From NCBI RefSeq assembly GCF_001194135.2, contig NC_068981.1, positions 125,861,950 to 125,925,949 on the forward strand: DNA of 64,000 bases, read 5' to 3'. Position 1 is the first letter of the stretch. The number at the start of each line of letters is the position of its first letter. The notes under the pieces are model-generated. The model was not told where the DNA came from and made no database searches. It saw only the letters and a list, made by a program, of their open reading frames with translations. The DNA is from Octopus bimaculoides (lineage: Eukaryota). The position numbers were made by a program, and so were the translations under genes. This document shows, in pieces, positions 12,406 to 26,562 of the stretch.

Positions 12406-14386
12406 NNNNNNNNNNNNNNNNNNNNNNNNNNNNNNNNNNNNNNNNNNNNNNNNNNNNNNNNNNNNNNNNNNNNNNNNNNNNNNNNNNNNNNNNNNNNNNN
12501 NNNNNNNNNNNNNNNNNNNNNNNNNNNNNNNNNNNNNNNNNNNNNNNNNNNNNNNNNNNNNNNNNNNNNNNNNNNNNNNNNNNNNNNNNNNNNNNNNNNN
12601 NNNNNNNNNNNNNNNNTATATATAGTTGATAGGAAAGTATTTCAAAATAAAATAATGGTTAGCTGCAGTAAAAACTAATTTAGACATCAAAGAAATGAAG
12701 ACGTCTCCTTTTTGCACTTTGTTGCTTATTTTCTATCTTTCTCTATTTTTGTCTCACTTACTCTCTCTCTTTCTCTCTCACTCTCTCATTCTCTTTCTGT
12801 CACTGTACTTATTTCACAATCTCTTTACCTTCATTCTGTCTTCCCTTCTCTTTTCTTTATGCATGTTTCTGGTGTGTGTATTTCTATTTCTTATTTCTAC
12901 TGCTAGTTTGGTACTTACTTTGGTGCACATGGAAGGTGTGCTGCACAAAAAGCTTTTTGTCAAGTTTCCTTTGTAAGGTTTTCCTTTCAGTCTCATGAGG
13001 TCAACAAAATAAGTAAAAATATTAATGACAATGTTATCATATACCATTCTATTATTCTAAAAAATTCCCTTATATCAAGGCAGTCCTTATTACTACTAGT
13101 TTGTAAAACTTCATTTAATTGCTGTGAAATGAGAAACCATTGTTAAACATTATCTTGTAATAGAAGCTGGGTCTATTATTTTCATGATTCTATATCAAAT
13201 ATTTCTTTTCATGCATCTCAGTAGTTTAACCCTTTGTAAATAAATTTTTATTACTATTTCTCTGATCAATCTGAAACCTACCAATGCTATTAGTTATTAT
13301 TTGTTCTCAACTAACTTCTTACCTCCTCTGATTTCATATCTTCTCTTCATTTTGTTTTGATCATTGAAAGTTTCCCTGAGCTCTTTTAAGGCTTCTTTCC
13401 TATATTTCTAATACAGTGTATTTTCATTCTGAAAGGAAATTACTTTCCTTGCAATATAGACTAAAAGATCCTAATAATTATGTTTCTCATATTAAATTTC
13501 AGTTTCTCTTTAATATCATCACCAGGTTTACTATATAATTTCTCTTTGCGCTTGTGTAAGTGAGAAAACTAGGAGGAGAAAGAGAGAGAGAGAGAGAGAG
13601 AGAGATCTATTTTAAGTTTTACTTTCATAACTGACAGGTTACTAAATGTCTGATACATGTGTTGTATTGTGTTACCAATAAAGACCCTACTTGCCAATCA
13701 TGACTACAATTTGTGATTAAAAGTTGCAACAATTCTGACATGAATCCTGGACTTGAGTTACCAAGTTATTACATAGTCTTCTGCTAATGAGTTGAATATT
13801 TGTGTTGTTTGTAGTATGTAGTGTGACACATTTGTAATATACTACATCATTTTAAAGCAGAAAAGTATGAGGACAAATATGATTTGAATAAATTGAAGTA
13901 TGAAAATTTACTGTATAATATAGGAGCAAATTGAAGGAAAGGAAGTTTCATGGCTCATCAGTTTGCAGAATGAACAACTACATTTTGTTGATGTTATTGA
14001 TGAATGTTTGAGAAGAGAGTGACCACAAATGGTTGATGAAAAGGAAAGAGGCAGGTGCAATAGTTCACTATAAGCCGGAGGTTATCATGCTTGTTATGAA
14101 GAGCTAAGCTCATTATTATAGTATAATGCTCACAATAAAAAGAGATGTCCCTGCCTAGTCTGATAAAGACTGTGCAGCATGAAACTTTGAAATCATTGCC
14201 AACACTATTCTTGTAAAAGAATAATAAAAATTATATTTACAAAAAGTATTGAGTAGTTCTTTATAATAAATTTGCTTTTATTATGACTCAATACAAAAAC
14301 CAGCATTAATATATATTATATAGTTATAAATACACATACATAGAAATATATATACACACACACACACACACATACACACACATATT

Positions 14387-14635
14387 ATCATCATCATCAT
14401 CTTTTAATGTCTGCTTTCCATGCTGGCATAGGTTGGACGGTTTGATTGAGGACTAGTTAGCCAGAAGGCTGCACCAGGCTCCAATCTGTTCTGGCAAGGT
14501 TCCTACAGCTGGAAACCCTTCCTAACACCAACCACTCTGAGAGTGTAGTGGGTGCTTTTTACATGCTACTTGCATAGAGGCCAGTCAGGCAGGACTAGCA
14601 ACAACCATGCTCAAATGGTGCTTTTTATATGCCAG
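14387..14635 (-). mobile_element. Family A repeat copy
   Basis: Same core and (CAT)n end as 588-746. Confidence 0.8.
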
Positions 14636-14847
14636 GGTACCCAAAAGAAACCGGAATTTTTCAATATTATTTTACTCCCTTAAATTTACATATTTACAGT
14701 TTTATTGCCTTAAAAGCATTCTCCATTTGAAGCAATGCATTGGTCCTGATGCATTTTCCTCTGTTCAAAGCAGTCCCAGAATTCTTGTGAGGTGATGCCT
14801 TTTAATGCCTCCATCATTTTTTCTTCACCTCTTTGTGTGGGCATGCG

Positions 14848-14879
<32 letters not shown>

Positions 14880-16647
14880 CATGTGTGTGTGCGTGTGTGT
14901 GTGTGTGTGTGCACGCTCACGTGCACATGCATGCGTGTTTATGTGTGTGTGTGTTATGATTGTGTTTGTAAGTGTGAACTGGAAATAGGATTGAACATTT
15001 TTGTGCGTGTGGAAGTTCTTGAAAGACCAACTATAGAACATAGATTAAGGGTAGCTAACAAATTAATTATGAAGATAAAGGTATGGAAAGTTGCAGGTCC
15101 CTTAAGCAAAGTTGCTGAAATGCTGAAAAGATTAGACTAAAAAAAAAATTTTATAGTTACTTGCTCAATATTGTAGTTCAGAAAAGTGCCAACCATTAGT
15201 AAGTATCAGTGCACAATGCCAAAGAAGTTGTATGAGTGAAGGTCTATTTATGAAGTCTCAAATCATGATAGTATAGTTTCAAATATGGGAAAATGGCCAA
15301 CAGAACAAAGGTCATTATGATTTAAAAATCACAATATAGATCTAGTTTGGATAAGATACATTTCAGTTTGTACTAGAACATAGAATATGATATGTTTCTT
15401 GTGAGACAATTGCAAATAAAGTTTTTGACTAAACTCAAGTATCTAAATTTCACAGTTGACTTGTCAGAAATGAGAGGAGGCTCCCACAGGATACAGACTG
15501 TTATTGCAGAGTCTGTCAAAGAGTTTCAGTAAAAGTTCCAAACTTGGAAAATTTTACATTCCAAAAGACTAAAAGTGCAAAGACCAAGACGAAAGTATAA
15601 ATTAGTAACAGAGTTAAAAGATGTCAGTTTCAGTAAGTTTGCTTGGTATATAAGAAGAAAATAGATAGGATTCTGATATTGTGTACTCAGTGCAAACAAT
15701 GTATTCAGAAAATACAGAAGCCTCTTGTTAATTGATACAGTACAAAGACTACTAAACACATAGTAAAAGTTGGTAAGAGGGGCACTCATAGAATGATGTC
15801 TATGAACCGATCATTGATGAGATTTTGTTTGTTTTTTATTTGAGTGGGTGATCTAATTAAAGAACTTTTGAATAATTTATACTAAATAGTCAGAAAGAAT
15901 GGAAAAACTTCAGGTAGATGTTACATTCTTCCCATGCATAAGGATTCTCCTCCCTATATGAAATTCATAAGAAATGTGCTACTGTAGTGGTAAGACATAT
16001 AGTAAATGTTGAAAATTTGCAGAACCTAGAGAGAAATGAACCATATAGTCCATTGTTTGTGTAATGTTATATAACATGACAGCTGGAGCACATGTGAACT
16101 GAATGCTACTAGTATTAAAAGTATGGTCTAGTGTATGCAAAAGAAACAAATGCCTATAGTGAACATAGGGTAAAAATTGATAAATAACAAATGAGATGTC
16201 TTGATAATGGAAAGTGATTCTTGGTACAAGATGGTGAGAAGTATTGATAACACTGAGATAACACTGTCTGAAGACAAATTTCGATATGTTGTATAGAAGA
16301 CAGATCCAATTCATTTCAACAAAGAAAAATTGATCTTAAAATCATGATATGGATGACTAGAGCAATGTTGAAGTAAAAAGCAAAGTGAATAAAATATTGG
16401 GCTTACATGTGGTTCATGAAGTACAGATTTTCTATAGATGTTGCCTTGTGATTCTGAATAGAACACATAATTTGACATCATTTCAGTTCACCAAGCTGTT
16501 GAAAATAGGTACTAGATTTTCTAGCAAGAAACTAAGTGGGATTGATTGCCTATTGATACATATCTCTGACTGTTAAAGGTCAAGTACTGACAGTATGTGT
16601 GGGATGATTGAATATTAATTTTTTTTTATGCTAACCAAACATTGCTA

Positions 16648-17918
16648 TTGGGTCATCCCATAAATAATGCAGTTTTCTTATACTTCTTTTATTTTTCAAA
16701 ATTAAGATAAACAAAGTTCTTTTTCAATCTAAAATATACTCTCCTTCATTTTCTATACTCTTCCATTTATCTGGTAGATTTGCAAGGCCTCTCTTCCAAA
16801 ATTCACTTGTCCATTATGAAAAAGCTCCTCCAATACTGTTCTGATCTCACCTACAGAATTCTTATTTTTTCCATCCAAATGATTTTGAAGATTGCAGAAT
16901 AAATGATAATCAGATGGGGCAATGTCCAGCAAATATGGTTGGTGGGGCATCGTTTCCCATTCAGTCTGCTCCAGTCTTTGGAATGTCATCCTCACTGTAT
17001 ATGGCCAAACATTACCTTGATGGAAGAACACCTTTCGTCTTGAAACCAAAGATGGTGGCTTTTCTTCCAGCGCTGACTTACGCCACTCGAGCTGCTCACA
17101 GTAAATCTCCTTTGTTATCGTTTGGTTTGGGTTTAAAAGTTCAAAGTGGACTAAACCTTTTGTATCGCACCAAACAGATAACAACACCTTCTTTACCTTG
17201 GGGTGCCAGTATTTCTCCTTTCCCTACCCACTGTATTTGGTGCTTGACATTTTTATAGAGAAACCATTTCTTGTCACCAGTCATTATTTGCTTCAAAAAC
17301 AGTTCATTCATGAGATGTAATGGCAAAGAGCACACATTCACTCTCTGCATGTGATTAGACTTGGAAAATTTGTGAGGAACCTATTGACCCAATTTGCTGA
17401 CTTTTCCGATGGCACGCAGGTATCAATGAATGGTTGAATGACCAAATTCAAGCTTCTCTGCTAGTTTCTCAACAGTTACTATGGGATTTTGTTCCACCAG
17501 GGTTTGCAGGACATCCTCGTTGAACTCTGCAGATCTTCCAGTATGAGGCTCGTCTTCTAGGCTAGGCTGTAGTTTCTGGCTCGGAATTTCTGGAACCACC
17601 GTTGACACTGACTTATGCTTATTGTTAGATCTCCATATACTGCATTAATATTCCTTGCACTTTCCATTGCATTGTTGCCTTTATTGAACTCATAAAGCAA
17701 AATATGCCGAATATGCTCCTTTGTCACTTCCATTATAGCTTTGAAAAAATAACTGTTAAAATCAAACTGCACTCTTCAAAACTTGCATTAAGAATAAATA
17801 CAAGGTAAAATTATTGCCTGCTGTTATAGCAAGTTGATGCAGGTAGTTTATCCTATCTCCCTCCGACTTTTACTTCATGCAGTTGAAAAAAAATCACATT
17901 ATTTACAGGATAACCCAT
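16648..17918 (-). mobile_element. Near full-length decayed mariner (DD34D) transposon
   Basis: TIRs TTGGGTCATCCCATAAATAATGCAGTTTT and AAAATCACATTATTTACAGGATAACCCA. Minus-strand ORFs give HIRHILLYEFNKG (HTH), [46 protein letters not shown] and LDIAPSDYHLF. Confidence 0.92.
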
Positions 17919-20181
17919 AAATATTACTGCACATCAATGCATTAATTATGGGATAACTCATTAATATTGCACGAATGAGGGTGTCATTAGCTCATAGTTC
18001 TGAGTTCAAAAGCATATAGTCTTTGAACACATTAATGCACAATAATATTGCTTTAAGTGGTAAAATATATCCCTGTATATGTGATTTAATATTTGTCTTG
18101 TTGGATAAACTGAATATTCATTACATATGTTACATTATGATGGCAAATTGGTTGAATCGTTAAAGCAATGCACCTTCCTCTATTTGTTCTGACTCTTTGT
18201 CTTCTGAGTTTAAATGCCACTAAAGTCAACTTTGCCTTCCAACCTTTTCTTCCTTCAGCTGTCACATTTTGGAGTTTAGAGTAGGAGGCTCGTGTGGGTG
18301 TCTATGACTGTTCACTACTATATGGGCACCTAGAAAACATTATTAAACAGCATGGATCATGCTGATATCAAGTCATACACAAATGTGTGTTGGTGTACTT
18401 TTTTTACATGTATAACATATTATATGTGAATGGATAACTCGAAAAACGTTTTCTTGACTTAAATTTTTTCAAGTTGATGCCAACTGTCTTTGAATCTTTT
18501 CAATATATTCCTGATTTTTTCTCATTAATTCCTTCATATTTCTATAATTAAATTGTTTTATGATATAATAAAATGCTGTCAATATTCTAGTGTAATTTGC
18601 ACTTTACTTAAGTGTATGAAACAGATTCAATGTAAATTCAGATGAACTGTAGTCAAAAGTAAATCAAAATATACTTTATTAAACTAGTTGTAATATTTAA
18701 AGTATTTCAACAGTAATTTTGTGTAAAATTAGTAGAAATAATATTTATAATTAAAAACATAGTTTTCAGTATCCCTAAAACATATCAGTATTAATAAATA
18801 TGATGACTTATTTTGTTCCCATTAAGGTATCTTTATTTCTAAAATCTAATACTGGATTTAACTAATATGTGGCCGCCTTTTTTCTGCTAACTGATATATT
18901 TTTTAGCTTCTCAAATTAGCTGCATGCATTTCTCCTTAACTTCAAAATCAGCACTTGTTTCCTTTTAACTATTTCTTAAATCTGTTTATTGCTTTTACCT
19001 TTAATTTTGAACATATTCTCTTCAACTATAGATTTAATAAGTTGTTTTTTGCACAGCTGAAAGCATTATTGAAAGCAATTTTCAATTCAGGTTTTTTTAT
19101 GTGTATGTATGTATGTACTTATGTATGTATACGTGCATATATATTTATACATACACAGATGTATAATTCTATTAAATATAAACATCAAAAGTCTACTTAG
19201 ATGTGTATAAAGAAACCTTTTATGAAATTTGAAACTAAATCAATTTTTCAACTGTGCAGTGAGTTCATCCGTGAACAAAAACATTATTTCATGGATCAAA
19301 ATATATCTTACTTTTCAGACAATCATTTCCTCACCAAATTTTGTTTCTGTGAAATGCACCTTAAATTTAATGTAAATTTTTTTATTTTGTTTTGAAAGTT
19401 TTAAAATTTTTTAACCTGTTATTTGCTACTTAAAGACATAATTGTCACTTCTTTTAGATTAATTGTTTAAAAAAAAATGAAATTAAATAAATGCTTATTT
19501 TTAATTTCAGAATGTTAAGTAATTTGCTAATGTATCATCTAACTTTGTTATATATTATTTATGGCAAATAGTTATTGTATTTAATTGTGAAAACATATAG
19601 GTTTAAAAGTCAAGCAACATCTTAAGTTCTATTTTTTTTTTTTTATATTCTTTGCTATAAGTTTTCTTGTCACACCTGAACAAAAAGTGTGAAACAGGAT
19701 TGTAGAGGGAGATTTAATTTGTTGGCCTCAAAGTATCTCAAAACAATATAACAAAGACTACATACCATCTACAACACTTGTAGGAGGCCACTTACAATTT
19801 TGATGCGTGCAAAACTATCATCAGAAAAGTAAAGAATTTCTCGGGTATTGCAAGGACTGCAAGTTTTCACTTAAAAAGAGGTCTTAACTTACTTTGCATT
19901 ATCCTCTTACTTACCTCTTCTGAATGAAGATGGTCCTGTTAGTGACACTTCAACTGAAAAACACTACATTTGCTACCTCTTCTACTTCCAACTCCAAGCT
20001 GCCTGCACTCAACAAAACTTTCCCCAAATTCTCCTTCATGCCATCAGTATCATCACCTCATACTACTGATACTTGTAAAAAAATTCTAATCTCTTCAATT
20101 CAATTTGGTGTTCAGTCTCAACAATATTTATTTTATCACTCTGAGTGAACTTACCGAACTTTTCAATCTCTCTCTCATCCA

Positions 20182-20212
<31 letters not shown>

Positions 20213-20218
<6 letters not shown>

Positions 20219-20537
20219 CATAAATATACAGGGATTAGCATGAGTTGCTTCTCCAACATACTGAAAATTTAGAAATAGCAGTCAAGGAACTACTGATTCC
20301 AAACTACAAACTTTTTCTCTAACGGATGGCGATATTTATGGCACACATAGAACAAAAAACAGAAGAGAAAAGCAAAAACAAACCTGCCTTTAGTTAATTG
20401 AGTACGACGTTTCACAGTTAAGAGTATGAAGGTACTTTATTCCGATCTTCAGCCCAATAGTTCTTTGACTGCTATTTCTAAATTTGCAGTATGTTGGAGA
20501 AGCAACTCATGCTAATCCCTGTATATTTATGATTATA
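20213..20537. repeat. Inverted repeat, 80-bp arms (20213-20292 and 20458-20537), 2 mismatches
   Basis: Read directly: TATAATCATAAATATACAGGGATTAGCATGAGTTGCTTCTCCAACATACTG...GAACTA against its reverse complement. Confidence 0.95.
20398..20457 (-). ncRNA. Degenerate hammerhead-like motif in the loop of an 80-bp inverted repeat
   Basis: Minus strand reads TTGGG-CTGAAGA-[32 nt]-GAAAC-GTC-GTA-CTCAA. Stem I TTGGG/CTCAA has one G-U pair, and stem II is poorly paired. Confidence 0.5.
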
Positions 20538-20634
20538 AATGGTTTTACCGATAAAGGTTTTTTTTCATACTGAACTACTTGGCAAAATTGTTAATTATTA
20601 ATTTTATTACTAATTGACGATTCCCTGCCCTATA

Positions 20635-20673
<39 letters not shown>

Positions 20674-23600
20674 TACCTGGGAAAATACTTTGGAAGTGGA
20701 GAATGACTTTGACTGTCCACACAACACTTTTCATACGCCTTCATTCCCTCAACTTCAATACACTTTACAGTTCCCACTCTTATTTACATACACATGTTCA
20801 AACATCAATTACATCAATCTCACAATTATGAGAAGACCAAAGAAGATAATGGACACTGCTCTTCCTCTTTCTATAAACACATAAAATGTTTTTAAATGAT
20901 GGATGTTATTTATTGAAACATAAGTCCTTGATACTGTCAGTTTTTGAAATAGAGGTTTCACTTATTACATGGACGAATGATGTAACTTCTCTTTGACAGT
21001 AAAGGAAAAGGCAACAGTTTTAATTAGATAAACAAAAGCTGTATGTTTTACATAATTCTCTCCAAGAAAATGCTAACAAACGTTAACCAATGCAGTTATT
21101 TACATGGACATTCACAAATTTACTATATTTTTACAATGTATTAAACAACAAATATAAATTCTTGAATGGTAGATGAGTCCACAACTTGGAAAAGTCATAC
21201 TGGGTGGTAGCTATATAAGGTCATTTACATCACATTATTTTATCTCTCTTATCTATTAACTGCAAACTTATACCAAATGTAAGAAATCAATATTTCTAAG
21301 TTAAAATACGTGAATATATTTTGTTCACATCAATCAGGCTCAATTTGCATTGAAACCAAAATTTAATATAAAGCCAAGGTGAACATTCTTTATTTAGAAT
21401 ATTTAACAATTATTTTAATAATACTCAAGATTCTTTGCAACAAGTTTATACCATACTGTTTAAATTATTAAAACTCTTTTTTTTATATCTGTTACAAAAT
21501 GAAAGTAATTAGAAGATACTTACATGTATCTTCTAATTATTTGAATCATCTATATTCTTTCATGAAAACATTTTTGTCAGCTATGTTAAAAGTTAAAGTT
21601 AAATGATACATATTGGCAAAGAAATTTCATCAAACTGTAAATGTTTATTATTTTAAATATTATTATTTCAAAGAATAATTAAGGATATACTACAGTTTAC
21701 AAAACTAAAAATTTATGATTGCAATTTATTATTTTGTATTTATATGGTATCTAACATTTACTTCAAATATCTCTAGAATTTTTCATTCTACTGACTATTA
21801 TTCTCAGATATTTTAACAAATTTTTCGTATATCATAAAAAAAGTTGGCAAACTTCTTTCTCTTTGTCATGATTGAGAATTGCTTCATTCCATTCTTTTGG
21901 TTATGTTGTTTATTTCTGAATTTGAAAGGTAATTAAACATTATCATAATTTAATAAACATCAAATATAATATATTTGTATAATACAAAAAGAAAACAAGC
22001 ATACAATTTCTTTATAAAATTCTACAAAAAGAGCAGAATATTACTTATTGATACTATAAATACATTTGACTAAGTATGACAGTTTTTTATCCATTTTCTA
22101 TATAATTAATTTCAAAACATTCCCAATGCTTTCCTTAAATAAAAACCAGCTGAATTATGTCTTTCTTAGTAGCAGTTTACATTCAATTATCTTTTTTGAT
22201 TTACCTATGATCTCACAGTACAAATATTATTTTTGGTTCCAATAATGTTTTTAATTTTTGGCTTTACAAAAGGCTTCTATGACCGAGAACATACATATAT
22301 TGGAAAGTAAAAACAATTTCTTGGTTTTCTACAAGTTTTAAATTAGAAGTAAACCCTGGTTAACTTTTGGTTCTATTGTGATAACAGGAATAAAATAAAA
22401 TCTTGTTATTCTGTTTTATTTAGTGATATGAATAAGTTGTTTGAGGGAATTGAAGAGTAACAACCATGTTAATAACCATAGAATATGATGAATTAAGCAG
22501 GAATATTCTTATGAGAAAAAAGATAGTTGCTGAACTTATAAGTAAGATTAGAATCTCAGATTTGGTTTTCTTCCCTTTTCTCTATGCAGGCACTACTTCA
22601 CTTGAATGGGCTGTGATTCAACCTGAGGCTTGTAGTAAAGATATTTATAATATATCGCTTTGCTTAAAAAATCTCTTTTGACAGCTATTAGTCTTATTTT
22701 GGAATGGTTTGCTGTAATTGAGATAGGTGATTGAAAGTTTAACTGTTACTATTTTCTGAAAACAGCATATATTTTTTAATGGGATAGAATTTACTATTCT
22801 AAGGTATACAATTCAAATTAATGACATATGGCTAGCTAATCTTTCATAGTATAAAGAAATATTAGATATTATAAGTGCTAATTCGAGATAGAAAAAAGAA
22901 ACAGGCCCACTGAAAGGAATCTACCAATCCTTTTCTTACAAAACTTTTTTTTTTACTGCTATTTTATTTTAATTGTGTTATCTTTATCTCTTGAAGATAT
23001 TTTTATCTTGACATTTTCATCTCCTGAAGATAATTACTTAGTATAACAGAACAGGTTAAACTCCATTTATAAATATTATATATTTTAATGGTTAACATAG
23101 CAAAATGCCTCACCTTGATTTACTGTTAACAATAAGGAACATCATGAAGTGTAATTGGTAATGTGGTTGTCCAGCAAGTGACAATGTGTGGTTTGAATAC
23201 TGCAAGTGGTCTTGTTTCACTTTTTATACCAAACTGATGTTTATATTTAATATCACTTTATATTCTTCGTGATTAACTGACCATATGACATTAACTTGAA
23301 TGTAAAAAAGGCATTGAGTGAATGAATGAAGCCATTTTTAGAATGCAGTAACTGCTATAACATCTGACAGGCTGCCAGTAGTACTATGAAAATATAATAG
23401 ATATCAATAATACATATTTAATTCATTACTAATCAACATGAGACTCATATCCTTAAATATTATACAGGATAAAAATGTTTTGAATTATTTTTTTTTCCAA
23501 AGAAAAATATATTACAAATAATAATAAAATAATTCAGTTCCCTTTTATCATATTCAAAATTGCTATTGTAGATTAATAAATAATTTTAACAAAATTTTAA

Positions 23601-23828
23601 ATATTTCTTGAAAAGGTTTGTTAATTTTAAAACAAATATAGACTATTATTTATTATATTAATATCAAATAAATAACAGCCATCAGGATATTTCGTTGTTT
23701 ATATTTTAATTCTGCTCGTACTCTAAATTCTATTTGCAAGAGAATATTACATAAAAGAAATCACTTAAGGAAGGGTTTCCTATTGAAAAATAATCAATAT
23801 ATTTTCAATATATTTAATTTTTTTACAG

Positions 23829-23876
23829 TATTTGTCGAAAAGAAACTGACTCAAATGAATCTACAAGTATAAAATG
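23829..23876 (+). CDS. Slo2: Slo2 exon, S1-S2 extracellular loop ([17 protein letters not shown]), phase 2/2, 48 nt
   Basis: Acceptor TTTTTTTACAG and donor TG|GTAAGT. It ends in IKW like vertebrate ...EINW, and TG+G joins the next exon in frame. The sequence itself is poorly conserved. Confidence 0.78.
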
Positions 23877-25532
23877 GTAAGTTCAGTTTTTTTTCTTTGA
23901 ATTCTCTGTAAAACTAGAATATTGATTGTATCAGAACTGTTTTGTTTTTATGCTCATAGATTTTTTCCAACAGCAAAGATTAGTTCACCCTTTCCTCTTT
24001 TAATTTTTTAATTTTTTTATTACTTTGTTTTGATAAATACTCACATGCATGAAGTTATCATCTTGCTAGAGTCAGTTTAACTGATTGAAACTGGCACTGT
24101 TAGGTATTTGCATCACATTCAAATCTACAAATATTTCTTCAATAATATTTTATGCCAATACTTTTTCAAAAATTATTTCTAAGTCATTTAATCATAATTC
24201 TAGTGTATAATAGATGTCCTCATTCTCAACATAGACATTTATATTTAATTTCTTTGAATCAGCTGACACCTCAATTCCAATGTTTTTAGAATACATTACT
24301 TTCTCTTGTATCACTCTCTTGTTCTAATTCTTTGTCCTTCTCTCTCTCTCTCTCATTCTTTTTCTCCCTCTCTCATGTTACTTCTGTCTAGTTCATTTAT
24401 CTACAGCTGTTATGTAGTTATCTATCATTCCCTCACCCTCTCTTCTATCACCCTTCACTTTGGCTCTCTTTTGCCTTGTTGTGCTGCATGGGGGAACAAA
24501 TGTATGAAAACAACACAAGAAAGAGGTGATTCTCTTTGGTTTTGCAAGGGATTAGAAAACCTTCTACTGCTGGGGAAACGATGAACAGAGATATGTTACA
24601 GAGAACTTTTTAGTCTTGCCAGGTTCCAAAATGATCATAGCACAATACAATGTCCCCATATGCTTTGTAAAGTAGTTGGTGAATTAACAAAAGCATTGAA
24701 GGACAGAGATGAATTTTTAGTCTCCTTGGGAACTTCTCTAGCACAACAAAATGCACACAATACACTTTGTAAAGTGGTAGGCAATAAGATGAGCATCCAG
24801 GTAAAGTGGTAGGCAATAGAAAAGACATCCAGTTGCAGAAACCATGCCTTAATGAAATGTACAAGTGAAAGTGGTCCCTAACCTGTTTAGGCTGTCAGTA
24901 ACTATGAATAAGAATTAATTCAGACTGTCAGATATCCAACCCAGGCCAGCATGAAAAAGTTGCCATAAAATGATAATGATATTGTTCTGTTCTTAAAGAT
25001 GAAAATGTAACAAAATTCTGTATCTTCCTTTTATTTAAATGGTTTTTATACCAACTTCACACGTATTGTGGTTTAGATATCTGGTATTATCATGAAATGC
25101 ATAAACCATTATTTTATTACATCATCTTTATATCTTGTAAAATTTAATTCGATTTAATTGTTTGTATTATGCCAGGTAAAATTTAATTTCACAGATACAG
25201 AGAAGATATATCTGATATCTAAAACAGAACAAAAATATATATATATAGTTTTAAAATTTTGTTTGGCAGAATAAAAACCTATATTCATATGTATATTAAC
25301 ACTTTCATGATAATAAGAAATAGAATTATACATATTTAACTGGATGGTAATTATCTCTAAATTAAATCTGAAAGAAATAACTGCATATATTAGAAGAACA
25401 AACCTTTTTACAAATTGTCAAATCAGTATAAGAAATTTAATTTAATTCAATATTTAAAAAAATTCAATAAGTATTATTGCACTTCTCTCTCACTCTCTTT
25501 CTCTCTCTCTCTCTCTCACTCTCTCTCTCTCA

Positions 25533-25563
<31 letters not shown>

Positions 25564-26223
25564 TCTCTCTCTTGTGATATGTGCATGTTCATATAATACC
25601 TTATGAATTCAACGAGATGGCAATTCTGTTTGAGTTACATGTAGAAAAACCCATATATTTAGTCAACAAACCCTTTTTTACAAATTATTGAAACAAGCTC
25701 AGAAATTTTAATTAAATATTTCTATTTTAAGATTTTTCTCAGTATTGTAATACTAGCTCTCAACCATCCTCCTCTACTCTTTCCTCCTTAACTTCCCTCT
25801 CATAGCAATATGTGCATGTTCTGAATACACCATATTAGTATGTGGGGGGGGGGGCACNNNNNNNNNNCACTTTCACATGAGGGGAATTTCTGCCTACCAA
25901 ACTCAATCACAAGGCTTTGATATTTTTATATATACATACACACACACACACACACACACATGTATATATATATATATATATATAGTTATATATACATACA
26001 TATATATGTATAAAGCCCTGATGAGATTCTGCCTCATATGCTTAGAATTATGAATCACCTAGGGGCATGATTCGAAACATATGTAAGTTTTTGGTGTCTA
26101 CCATTTCTTTTAGAGCTTTGTAATTTATAATTTATTTGTATTGTTTTTATAACAACTTTCAACCTCATAAAATCATACAAATTAATTATTTATACATCCA
26201 TAATTCTCCATTTTCATTCTTTC

Positions 26224-26262
<39 letters not shown>

Positions 26263-26524
26263 ACTTGGGGCCAAATCATGTCCAAAACTTACAGGCAGAA
26301 AAATGTCACACTGAAAAATTTATAGCATGCGTGCATACACACGCACACATAGTAGTGCATGCACACACACATGCCCTGAACCCAAACCCTGACCCTAAAT
26401 ACTAACTAACTATTGAACAAATTTTTCCCACCCAACACTTAATTTTTGCATGACTTTTTCTACCAGTAACTTTATTTCTATTCATTAAAAGTCACTTGAA
26501 AAAATACATGCACACACACACACA

Positions 26525-26562
<38 letters not shown>

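Noticed and set aside
13945-13962. Minus-strand CTGATGA-GCCAT-GAAAC
   Set aside because: No stem II or stem III and no GUH triplet after it. Expected by chance.
14155-14195. CTGATAA-AGACTGTGCAGCAT-GAAAC-TTTG, a hammerhead-like spacing
   Set aside because: G8 is missing, there is no valid stem III or cleavage triplet, and stem I does not pair. At most a heavily decayed remnant.
14990-16600. Possible ancient LINE (endonuclease-like wording such as SGIDCLLIH)
   Set aside because: Too decayed to assign from the sequence alone. It needs a profile search against repeat protein libraries.
22590-22681. Good acceptor (TCTATGCAG) followed by an open frame GTTSLEWAVIQPEAC
   Set aside because: No Slo2 similarity and no clear donor giving the phase needed to join 23829.
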